A program made the position numbers and the translations under genes. From an uncultured Pelagibacteraceae bacterium (GTDB taxonomy: Bacteria; Pseudomonadota; Alphaproteobacteria; Pelagibacterales; Pelagibacteraceae): a stretch of DNA of 64,000 nt. Under the pieces are notes generated by a model. The model had not been told where the DNA came from. It searched no databases and saw nothing but the letters and a program-made list of their open reading frames with translations. Shown here one piece after another: positions 45,518 to 53,769 of this stretch; within the stretch, counting starts at the first letter, position 1; the number at the start of each line of letters is the position of its first letter. The stretch is taken from the NCBI GenBank assembly GCA_902589795.1, contig CACIUJ010000001.1, positions 17,030-81,029 of the forward strand, written 5' to 3'.

Positions 45518-46456
45518 TTATTTTCTTATTCTATTCTCGTATTTTTTTCTCATTTTTAAAAGGTTTACCAAATATTCATCACGGATATTTGATAGAGAAG
45601 TTACCGATTTACCTTTTGATTGCTGTCTTGTTCCTTTTATAACTCTAGAAGATAATTTTTTTGTAAGCTTAGGAGCTTTTAATTTTGTCCAAGGCAATTT
45701 TAGAGCTGGACCAAATTGTTTTAACATGTGTTTCATTCCAGCTTTTCCACCCGCCAGATGAAAAGTAAGAAAAGTACCCATTAAAGAGTATCTCAATCCT
45801 GGACCATCCTCTATAGCTCTGTCCAAATCCTCTGTTTTTGCATAACCCTCATTAACTATATGCAACGCCTCTCTCCACAAAGCTTCTTGTAATCTATCTG
45901 ATAAATAGCCAGGTAATTCTTTTTTTACCATAATCGGGTTCATTGATATTGATTTATAAAAATTTTTTGCTTTATTTAGAAAAAATTTATTTGTTTTTTT
46001 TCCAGGCACTATCTCGATCCCTGGACACAAATATACAGGATTGAAAGGATGACCTATCATTGTTCTAGAAGGATTTTTACATTTTGAGTAAATTTTTGTA
46101 GGTAATAATCCTGAAGAGCTAGAGGAAATAATAGCATTTGGTTTTGAAAATTTTCCAATAGCACTTATTAATTTTGTTTTTAGATTATAATTTTCTGTTA
46201 CACATTCTTGAATAAAATCTGCAGTTTTTACAGCTTCTTCAATCGTAGAAACATATTTTAAATTTTTAAAATTAGGTTTATTTTTATTGAATAATTTTTT
46301 TACAAAAGGCCAAGCACGTTTTATTTCAACAATTAATTTTTTTTTTGATTTGATGTCTTTATCAAATGCTACAACTTTTTTATTATGTGCTAAACATCTA
46401 ATAACCCAACCCGTTCCAATAACTCCGGTACCTATAACAGATATTTTTTTAATCAT
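45518..46456 (-). CDS. 3-hydroxyacyl-CoA dehydrogenase family protein, L-carnitine dehydrogenase / lambda-crystallin-like
   Basis: 312 aa. 'ISVIGTGVIGTGWVIRCL', the Rossmann motif typical of the carnitine/gulonate 3-dehydrogenase subgroup. 'GHPFNPVYL', 'PGYLSDRLQEALWREALH'. Confidence 0.75.
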   Translation of the reverse strand: MIKKISVIGTGVIGTGWVIRCLAHNKKVVAFDKDIKSKKKLIVEIKRAWPFVKKLFNKNKPNFKNLKYVSTIEEAVKTADFIQECVTENYNLKTKLISAIGKFSKPNAIISSSSSGLLPTKIYSKCKNPSRTMIGHPFNPVYLCPGIEIVPGKKTNKFFLNKAKNFYKSISMNPIMVKKELPGYLSDRLQEALWREALHIVNEGYAKTEDLDRAIEDGPGLRYSLMGTFLTFHLAGGKAGMKHMLKQFGPALKLPWTKLKAPKLTKKLSSRVIKGTRQQSKGKSVTSLSNIRDEYLVNLLKMRKKYENRIRK

Positions 46457-47308
46457 TTAATCTGCCAAACCATCAGACCTAGGTTTGTTTCTTTCGATGT
46501 GAATTGGCAACACTTTTCCATATATTGCTTTAGAATGTTCTGGAGTATTCACTCTCCAAGGATCAAGAACGTAAGCTGGTATACAAAGATATCTAGGACG
46601 ACTTCCTTCTATTTTTGTGACACGGTGAAGAGTAAAACGTCCTTTAAATATTTGAAGATCACCTGGTTCTAATTTTAATTGACGAACTCTACTGCGGTCT
46701 CCATCAAGCACTTTTTTAACTTCATCTAATTTTTCATTTCCGGGTTCACGTATATTTGGACAATACTCAAATATTCCGCCTTTCTCAGGTTTTTGTATCA
46801 TAAAACTTAATGTAAATTCGCAGCTATCGAAATGCCAAGGAAGAACACCATCTGGTTTCATCACGTTATAAGCATGGCAAGCCAAAGGATCAGCCCATCG
46901 GTAAATTGGTGATATTCCAAGACAAGCTGAGACAAAATTTAAAAGTTCATCTTGTTCATAAAGAAATTTCATCTCCGAATCTTTTGGAAAAACATCGGAG
47001 TTTAAGTAACCATTATAACGATCCATAAATATTCTTTTTGGATGATTTTTTGGTAATGAAGGGTCGTCTTTTGAATATAAATATGCGTTTATACTTTCCT
47101 TAGACATATAAACTTCATCAAGTTGTTTTTCTAGTTCTGTATTCATTATTTTTAAAGATTTGGGTAAAATAAAATTAGGAATAGTAGCACAACTAAATTG
47201 GTCTAAATCACTTTTACATTTCTTTATTAATTCTTTTATTAATGGAGAATTTAAATCCTGTATTGGATATTTTTTAAGATCAACGATGGTCTCTAATCTA
47301 TTATTCAT
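46457..47308 (-). CDS. Putative Fe(II)/2-oxoglutarate-dependent oxygenase (hydroxylase-type HxD facial triad)
   Basis: 283 aa. 'VLPWHFDSCEF' (H-x-D), distal 'RFTLHRVTKI' (His) and a following Arg in 'GSRPRY'. The jelly-roll-like spacing fits. The subfamily is not assignable. Confidence 0.6.
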   Translation of the reverse strand: MNNRLETIVDLKKYPIQDLNSPLIKELIKKCKSDLDQFSCATIPNFILPKSLKIMNTELEKQLDEVYMSKESINAYLYSKDDPSLPKNHPKRIFMDRYNGYLNSDVFPKDSEMKFLYEQDELLNFVSACLGISPIYRWADPLACHAYNVMKPDGVLPWHFDSCEFTLSFMIQKPEKGGIFEYCPNIREPGNEKLDEVKKVLDGDRSRVRQLKLEPGDLQIFKGRFTLHRVTKIEGSRPRYLCIPAYVLDPWRVNTPEHSKAIYGKVLPIHIERNKPRSDGLAD

Positions 47309-47313
47309 TTTAA

Positions 47314-48549
47314 TTATAAATCCTCTAAAGGATGATGGGACATTAACTCAAGTCCATTTTCGCCAACTAAATATTGTTGTTCTAATTTTACTCCTTCTTT
47401 ACCTCCCACTTTTCCAATATAAGTCTCAACTGTAATAGTCATATTTTTTTCAAAATAACCTTCCCTTTGACCCCCGTCAGTTGGATATCTTATCATTGGC
47501 CACTCATCACAAAGACCTATTCCATGAACCATGCATGAATACCTATTTCCATAATATTCCTCTGGAAGTTTCCAAGACTTTTCAGTGAATTCTTTAAAAG
47601 ACACTCCATGTTTAATTAATCTAGAGTTGTGATTGATATGCTCGATTGCCATTAAGTATAATTTTTTTTGTCCATCATTAAACTTATGGCCTTCAACAAA
47701 AGCCCTAGATATATCAGCGCAATATCCATAAGGACCTACCATATCGGTATCAAAAGATACCAATTCTCCACTTTGAATAATTTTATTGGTACTTTCTTGC
47801 ATCCATGGATTTGTTCTTTCTCCAGAAGATAAAATTCTACATTCAATCCATTCACCGCCATATTCAATATTAGTTTTGTGTAAGATTGACCAAAGTTCAT
47901 CTTCTGTCATTCCTGCTTTTAATTCTTCTCTCATTTTATTAACTCCTATTTCTGCAACATCGATAGCAGCTTTCATACATTTTAATTCTTCAGGAGACTT
48001 AATAACTCTTGCCTGCTCAACGATTGATTTCGCGTCTACTACTTCTATGCCCGACTTATTCAAAGCAGTTACTGCTGGACCGTTAATTACATCAATGGCT
48101 ATTTTTTTACTTTTAAAATATGCTTTTGATAAATCTTTTACTTCATTAATCCATTTTTCTAATTGAACTCCAGCTTGGTCGCCGTTACTAAAGTAATCCC
48201 AAGTTATAGCTGGCCTTATCTCATTTATTAAATTCAAATGGCTAGATAATTTTTCACAGTTAAAATATTCATAAAGAACTATAGGACCGTTAATTGGTAT
48301 AAAACAGTAACGAGTTAAATTATGCATGTTATAGATACTCATATTAGTTGTATCTAATGCATATCTAATATTAACAGGGTCAAATAATATACAGGCTTCA
48401 AGATTATTTTTTTCTAATTCTTTTTTAATTCTATCTAGCCTGTAAGATCTAAGCTTATCAAAATTTATTTCATCTTCTCTTAATCTTTTTTTCGTTACAA
48501 AATTTTGTTTTGGTTTTGTGTCTGGGGTAATTTTTCTATTAAATCTCAT
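47314..48549 (-). CDS. M24-family metallohydrolase with creatinase-type N-domain (prolidase / ectoine-hydrolase / DddP-like)
   Basis: 411 aa. Pita-bread-fold ligand pattern appears complete: 'SFDTDMVGPYGYCADISR' (D, D), 'MVHGIGL' (H), 'ITVETY' (E), 'VKLEQQ' (E). Confidence 0.8.
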   Translation of the reverse strand: MRFNRKITPDTKPKQNFVTKKRLREDEINFDKLRSYRLDRIKKELEKNNLEACILFDPVNIRYALDTTNMSIYNMHNLTRYCFIPINGPIVLYEYFNCEKLSSHLNLINEIRPAITWDYFSNGDQAGVQLEKWINEVKDLSKAYFKSKKIAIDVINGPAVTALNKSGIEVVDAKSIVEQARVIKSPEELKCMKAAIDVAEIGVNKMREELKAGMTEDELWSILHKTNIEYGGEWIECRILSSGERTNPWMQESTNKIIQSGELVSFDTDMVGPYGYCADISRAFVEGHKFNDGQKKLYLMAIEHINHNSRLIKHGVSFKEFTEKSWKLPEEYYGNRYSCMVHGIGLCDEWPMIRYPTDGGQREGYFEKNMTITVETYIGKVGGKEGVKLEQQYLVGENGLELMSHHPLEDL

Positions 48550-48550
48550 A

Positions 48551-49747
48551 TTAGACCAAATTTGTAGCTACCCATTTATGAAAATGATGAGTCGGATTAT
48601 CCATAACTGGTGAAAAGTTTCCACCATTATAAGAAGGAGAATTTCTTCCTTTCTGCATACCTTCTATAATGTGAACATCTTCTGATTGAACGTCATGCCA
48701 AAGTTTTAAATTTTGTCTTCTTAAGTTTTTAAATTTTTTTGAATTTGCAGCTTCGTAACCCACGTAATAAATTTCCATGTGCTCTATAGTAAGTTCATGA
48801 TTTATTGGTTCTAACCAATATGCATAATAGTGGTCTTTGTGAATACCCATCATTACATTGGGGAAAAGAGCAACATATTCAGCTATATTTATTTTATTTT
48901 TTGGCCAATTAGGAAAGCACGGAAATTTATTTTTACCTTTTAATCTAGGATTATAAACAACAGTTCCTTGTCCAGCAAATCTATTTGGCAAGCCTTGTAT
49001 ATGATAATGATCACTAATTTTAGAATAACTATTTAAACCTGGGTGCACCCAAGGCAAATGATAACTTTCACAATAATTTTCAATCGCAAATTTCCAATTG
49101 CACTTTGCTTTTAATTTAAAATAACCTAAGTCTTTTGAGTGTTTAATTAGTTTTTGATCTTTTTCTGGCCAAAATTTAGACCAACGATCTTTTAATGGCT
49201 TAATGTATTTCTCAAATGACACCTCATTATTAGAAATATTTACAACAATCATATCCAGCCAAACATAGGAACGAACTTCTTTAAGACCGCTTGAAGATTT
49301 ATCAAAATCTTTTGATTCGTGTTTATTCATGCCTCCTAAATGAGGAGTAGAAACTAGTTCACCATTTAAACTATAAGACCAGGAATGGTAGGGACATCTT
49401 ATTATATTTTTTATAGAGCATTTTTTTTGTAAAATTTTATATCCTCTATGACTGCAAACATTATGATAAACTTTGACTTGATTTTTTTTATTTCTTAATA
49501 AAATTAAAGGAATTCCTAATAAATCAAAAGGCCTTGCATCTCCAGGTTTGGGTATTGAACTAGCAACGCCTATCACAACCCACTTGTCTTCAAAAAGTTT
49601 TTTTCTTTCTATTTTAGTATACTCAATACTATTATAACATTCATTAGGAAGACCATGTGCTTCAGTTATTGGTTTATTTACCACATCTAGCTTTTCTTTT
49701 TTTACGATGTCGTAGATACTCATGCTTCCATTAAGTTTCGGGACCAT
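48551..49747 (-). CDS. Rieske [2Fe-2S] non-heme-iron oxygenase, alpha/oxygenase component (GbcA/CntA/Stc2-like)
   Basis: 398 aa. Rieske motif 'CSHRGYKILQKKCSIKNIIRCPYHSW' (CxH...CxxH). Mononuclear-iron motif 'ENYCESYHLPWVHP' (H-x4-H). No reductase or ferredoxin gene nearby. Confidence 0.85.
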   Translation of the reverse strand: MVPKLNGSMSIYDIVKKEKLDVVNKPITEAHGLPNECYNSIEYTKIERKKLFEDKWVVIGVASSIPKPGDARPFDLLGIPLILLRNKKNQVKVYHNVCSHRGYKILQKKCSIKNIIRCPYHSWSYSLNGELVSTPHLGGMNKHESKDFDKSSSGLKEVRSYVWLDMIVVNISNNEVSFEKYIKPLKDRWSKFWPEKDQKLIKHSKDLGYFKLKAKCNWKFAIENYCESYHLPWVHPGLNSYSKISDHYHIQGLPNRFAGQGTVVYNPRLKGKNKFPCFPNWPKNKINIAEYVALFPNVMMGIHKDHYYAYWLEPINHELTIEHMEIYYVGYEAANSKKFKNLRRQNLKLWHDVQSEDVHIIEGMQKGRNSPSYNGGNFSPVMDNPTHHFHKWVATNLV

Positions 49748-49840
49748 TTAAAAATCCTAGCATTTCAGTAAAAATTGGCAATAGATATCAATTGAAATTA
49801 CTAGACAGGACTAGGGGTCCGCTGGTATATCCCGTTGATT

Positions 49841-50569
49841 ATGAATTTCTCAATAGAAATTACTATGAAGACTGACCTTTCGGAATTACCTAAAGTTAAG
49901 GATGTCTATATTACTATGCTGCCCGGTAATGATTACAGGCAGGTGGCAAATAAGGCTAGTGAGCTAGTTAAATCTGGGTTTAACCCAGTCCCCCATTTTC
50001 CTGCTCGTTCTATTAAGAATAAGGCTGAATTAAAAGACTACGTAAGCAGATGCAAGGACGGAGGAGTGAAACAGGCTCTAATAATAGGGGGTAGTGCGCA
50101 ACCCATTGGAGATTTTCACTGTTCGTTGCAGTTATTAGAGACAAAATTATTTGAGGGGTGGAAGATAGGAATCGCTGGACATCCAGATGGGTCCCCTGAT
50201 ATATCCGATCAAGATTTAGAAAAAGCTATGATCGATAAGAAACCTTACGCAGACTATATAGTTACACAATGGTTATTAGATTATAATCCGATAGCTAAAT
50301 TTATTTCTAAACAAACTTTACCAGTTCATGTAGGAATTACTGGGCCTCTAAAAATAAGCAGTTTATTAAAGTTTGCAAATATTGTTGGGGCAAAAAATTC
50401 AATTAATTTTCTTAAATCTAATGTTACTAAAGCGGTAGATTTATTAAAACCTAAGGATCCAAATGAAATGATTGAAAAACTCAAAGGATCAACCGAGAAT
50501 TTTCACATTTATACTTTTGGTGGTCTTAAGGAAACTAATAAATGGTTAACGGAGAATAATTATGCCTAA
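49841..50569 (+). CDS. Short methylenetetrahydrofolate-reductase-like (MetF-fold) protein
   Basis: The ORF track starts at TTG 49835; the ATG at 49841 ('MNFSIEIT') is preferred. MTHFR-like landmarks by eye: 'FSIE', 'VYITMLPG', 'VPHFPARS', 'IGIAGHPDGSP', 'ADYIVTQWLLD', 'VHVGITGP'. About 240 aa is shorter than typical MetF, and the 'RGD' acid appears to be replaced ('IGGS'). Confidence 0.6.
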   Translation: MNFSIEITMKTDLSELPKVKDVYITMLPGNDYRQVANKASELVKSGFNPVPHFPARSIKNKAELKDYVSRCKDGGVKQALIIGGSAQPIGDFHCSLQLLETKLFEGWKIGIAGHPDGSPDISDQDLEKAMIDKKPYADYIVTQWLLDYNPIAKFISKQTLPVHVGITGPLKISSLLKFANIVGAKNSINFLKSNVTKAVDLLKPKDPNEMIEKLKGSTENFHIYTFGGLKETNKWLTENNYA

Positions 50570-51986
50570 AAAGAAAAAAGCTAAAAAAAGTAAAGTTAAA
50601 AAAATTAAATCAGTTTCATTTAAACCTGAAAAGGTTAATTACGATAAAGTTAAACACACAACATCTGTTGATCAATCAGATAGACATGTACCTTACAATT
50701 TAAGACAGAGTGGACCAACAAAAGTAGAATTATTAATTTCAACAAGAGTAAGAAAGTCACCCTATTGGCATTTATCAATGAAAGCTGGATGCTGGAGAGC
50801 TACAGTTTATAATCGCGTTTATCATCCCAGAGGTTATGTAAGACCTGAAAAAGGTGGGGCTATGGTTGAGTATGCAGCAATTAAAAATCATGTAACGATG
50901 TGGAATGTAGCTGTAGAGAGACAAATTCGTGTGAAAGGAGCAGATGCTGAAAGATTTACAGATTATGTAATAACGCGTGATGCAACAAAAATTTCAACAA
51001 TGAGAGGTCGTTACGTTATTCTTTGTAATAATAAGGGAGGAGTATTAAACGATCCAGTTTTATTAAGAGTAGCTGATGATGAATTTTGGTTCAGTTTGTC
51101 TGATTCTGATATTGGAATGTACTTACAAGGTGTGAATGCTGATAAAAAATTCAATGTAGAAATAGATGAAATAGATGCATGCCCAGTACAAATACAGGGC
51201 CCTAAATCAAAAGCATTATTAAATGATTTAATTGGAGATCAAGTTGATCTAGATAACATGCCTTTTTATGGTTTGGCAGAAGCTAAAGTGGGAGGCAGAA
51301 GCTGTGTGATTTCTCAATCAGGATTTTCTGGTGAAGCTGGGTATGAAATTTATCTTCGTGATGCAACTTTATATGCAGAAGATATGTGGAATGCTGTTCT
51401 AAAAGCTGGAAAGAAACATAAACTAATGGTTATTGCTCCTGCACACCATAGAAGAATTCAAGCAGGAATTTTGTCTTGGGGCCAAGATATGGATAATGAA
51501 CATAACCCTTTCCAATGTAACTTGGGTTACCAAGTTTCTTTGTCCGGCAAAGGTGAGTGGAATAAAAAAACAGATTATGTAGGAAAAGAAGCTTTAGAAA
51601 AAATGAAAGAGGAAATTAAGCAAGGAAAAAAACCTTATAAACTTCAACTCGTAGGTATGGAACTAGGAGGAAAGCCAATAGAAGAATATGCTCCAGATTT
51701 TTGGCTAATTTCGAATGCAAAAGGAGGAAAGCCAATAGGTTATATTACTTCTCCTTGGTACCACCCAGAAAAGAAAAAAAACATTGCAATGGGATATGTT
51801 CCATATGAAGGACATCTAAGCGCTAAAGGGTTTCCAATTGGAAATTTTGGTAAAAAATACAAGGTTCATTTGCCAAAGAAATATTCCAGTAAACCAGTTG
51901 ATGCGGTAGTTGTTCCTATACCTTTCACGCAGTCATTCAATGCAAATACTCGTGAAGCTGAAGTATTGGCTACTTTAAATAAATAA
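50562..51986 (+). CDS. GcvT-family THF-dependent methyltransferase/demethylase (DmdA/LigM-like) with Lys-rich N-terminal extension
   Basis: 474 aa with an 8-nt overlap with the MTHFR-like gene. Aminomethyltransferase fold: 'MWNVAVERQIRVKGADAERF', 'NNKGGVLNDPVLLRVADDEFWFSLSDSD', 'VQIQGPKS', 'SGFSGEAGYEIYL'. N-terminus 'MPKKKKAKKSKVKKIKS'. Confidence 0.75.
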   Translation: MPKKKKAKKSKVKKIKSVSFKPEKVNYDKVKHTTSVDQSDRHVPYNLRQSGPTKVELLISTRVRKSPYWHLSMKAGCWRATVYNRVYHPRGYVRPEKGGAMVEYAAIKNHVTMWNVAVERQIRVKGADAERFTDYVITRDATKISTMRGRYVILCNNKGGVLNDPVLLRVADDEFWFSLSDSDIGMYLQGVNADKKFNVEIDEIDACPVQIQGPKSKALLNDLIGDQVDLDNMPFYGLAEAKVGGRSCVISQSGFSGEAGYEIYLRDATLYAEDMWNAVLKAGKKHKLMVIAPAHHRRIQAGILSWGQDMDNEHNPFQCNLGYQVSLSGKGEWNKKTDYVGKEALEKMKEEIKQGKKPYKLQLVGMELGGKPIEEYAPDFWLISNAKGGKPIGYITSPWYHPEKKKNIAMGYVPYEGHLSAKGFPIGNFGKKYKVHLPKKYSSKPVDAVVVPIPFTQSFNANTREAEVLATLNK

Positions 51987-52613
51987 TTAAATATTAAAGC
52001 TAGCTTTAATACCGTCAATAATAAATTGAGTTGCGAGAGCAGCAAGAATAAAAGCCATTACTCTAGCAGTAGTGTGTAAAAATTGTTTAGGTAAAAATTT
52101 TACAATATAACTTCCACCTATCATCAATAATAGACTGACAAACAAAGCAGCAACCAAAGCTAAAATAACTGTTATATGAAATTCAGGAAGATTTGCAGAG
52201 TTTCCTATTAAAAGAATTATTGTAGCTAATGTAGCTGGACCAGCAATAAAAGGGATGGCGATCGGAAAAACTATGATTTCTTCATAACTTTTCTCATCTA
52301 GCGCTTCCTCTACTTTTTTTTCTCTTCTAATTTTTCTTTTTTCAAAAAGAATATCAATTGCTATAAACATTAAAATAATACCTCCAGCAATCTTTAAAGA
52401 ATCCAAGGTAACACCCAAAGCTTCTAATAAATATCTTCCAATATAAGCAAACGCTATAAGAATAAAAAAAGCTATAACCGTGCTTTTAATTGCTATTTGA
52501 GTTCTTTTTTTAAATTTTGCATCTTCTGTAAGACTTAAAAAGAATGGTAGATTTCCTATAGTATCTATAGTTATAAAAAATAATACGAAAGAATTTATAA
52601 ACATTTTTAACAT
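51987..52613 (-). CDS. MarC-family (UPF0056) integral membrane protein
   Basis: 208 aa with about six helices. The N-terminus 'FFITIDTIGNLPFFLSL' resembles the MarC family signature region. Confidence 0.65.
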   Translation of the reverse strand: MLKMFINSFVLFFITIDTIGNLPFFLSLTEDAKFKKRTQIAIKSTVIAFFILIAFAYIGRYLLEALGVTLDSLKIAGGIILMFIAIDILFEKRKIRREKKVEEALDEKSYEEIIVFPIAIPFIAGPATLATIILLIGNSANLPEFHITVILALVAALFVSLLLMIGGSYIVKFLPKQFLHTTARVMAFILAALATQFIIDGIKASFNI

Positions 52614-52661
52614 GCCTTTATTTCATATATCTTCGTGGCAATAATATGATATAGAGAAAAA

Positions 52662-53183
52662 ATGAATTCAATTTTTGTTAATAGAATTATAAGGGCATGC
52701 AAATTAGATGTTAGTCTCTATGAAGAGGTAGAAGCGGACAAGTCAGCTACACTTCAAGCCGCATTAGTAGTTATATTATCAAGTTTAGCTGCTGGAGTAG
52801 GGGCCTTATCTTTAGGAGCTTCAAATTTTTTAATGGCACCGATACTTTCGTTAATTAGTTGGTACATTTGGGCATATCTTATTTATTTTATTGGAGCCAA
52901 ACTTTTTCCTGAGGCCAATACAAAAGCTGACCATGGTCAACTTTTAAGAACAATTGGTTTTTCCAGCGCTCCTGGATTAATCAGAATTTTTGGTTTTACA
53001 CCTGAGTTAATGAGCATAACTTTTATTGGTGGAGGAATATGGATGTTGATAGCCATGATTGTGGCTGTAAGACAGGCCCTAGATTATCAAAGTACATGGA
53101 GAGCTATCGGAGTTGTTGTTATTGGTTTTTTAGTTCAAGCAATTGTTTTAATAATGTTGATAAGGATTTTTGGTCCGGCTTAA
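52662..53183 (+). CDS. Yip1-like integral membrane protein
   Basis: 173 aa. Soluble N-terminus 'LDVSLYEEVEADKSAT' followed by about five helices. Yip1-domain-like topology. Confidence 0.55.
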   Translation: MNSIFVNRIIRACKLDVSLYEEVEADKSATLQAALVVILSSLAAGVGALSLGASNFLMAPILSLISWYIWAYLIYFIGAKLFPEANTKADHGQLLRTIGFSSAPGLIRIFGFTPELMSITFIGGGIWMLIAMIVAVRQALDYQSTWRAIGVVVIGFLVQAIVLIMLIRIFGPA

Positions 53184-53311
53184 ATTGGAAAAATTGTTTT
53201 TGAAGTATAGCAAGAATCACAAATTTTATATCCATGTTTAATTAAATTTTGGTAAACACTTTCCTCTTCTTTTTTGCATTCTTCACATATATTGTTAAAT
53301 TCCTCGGTCAA
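53180..53311 (-). CDS. Possible 43-aa zinc-ribbon peptide (hand-translated; below the ORF-track cutoff)
   Basis: The TTG start overlaps the upstream stop (ATTTGACC). Translation: MTEEFNNICEECKKEEESVYQNLIKHGYKICDSCYTSKTIFPI, i.e. CxxC-N18-CxxC. Its stop shares a TTAA with the convergent Yip1 stop. There is no in-frame ATG, so the start is uncertain. Confidence 0.35.
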   Translation of the reverse strand: MTEEFNNICEECKKEEESVYQNLIKHGYKICDSCYTSKTIFPI

Positions 53312-53769
53312 ATAACTTCACCTATATACTTTGGATTTGACACGCTGGTTGTCATCCAACAATTTTTTAATTCTCCTTCAAGTAAAACTTTTTCCACCTG
53401 CCACATGTAGTAGTATTTTTCTTTGTTTTTTGTTAACACAATAACTTTGAATACTGATATATCTTCCTTTTCTTTTAATATTGTTATTTCAGTATTCTCA
53501 TGACTTATTAAAATTTTATAGTTTTCTCCATAGATCATTTCTTTAAATTTATCTAAAGGTCCTGTAATTTTTTTATTATTAGGATGTGCAAATTCCCAAG
53601 TTTGTTCAATGCCAGCATCCTTATAGGGTTTATTGTTATCTTTTAATGAATTCAATTGAATCATAAGAACATCAAAAGGTTTAAGATTTGAATTTGGTTT
53701 AATCAAATCTGCACTTGAGATGCTTGTAAAAAGAAAAAAGAAAACTATTAGTTTAAGTAGAACTCTCAT
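53308..53769 (-). CDS. Secreted hypothetical protein (NTF2-like / DUF4864-like by impression)
   Basis: 153 aa with signal peptide 'LIVFFFLFTSISSA'. The family call is from memory only. 1-nt overlap with the upstream small membrane gene. Confidence 0.5.
   Translation of the reverse strand: MRVLLKLIVFFFLFTSISSADLIKPNSNLKPFDVLMIQLNSLKDNNKPYKDAGIEQTWEFAHPNNKKITGPLDKFKEMIYGENYKILISHENTEITILKEKEDISVFKVIVLTKNKEKYYYMWQVEKVLLEGELKNCWMTTSVSNPKYIGEVI

Noticed and set aside
45069-45761. 230-aa plus-strand ORF (with a nested 74-aa ORF at 45418-45642).
   Set aside because: It lies entirely antisense to two genes with clear family motifs (MDR reductase and carnitine-dehydrogenase-like). Its translation is low-complexity and hydrophobic or Ser/Pro/Phe-rich with no motif. 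It is a typical shadow ORF.
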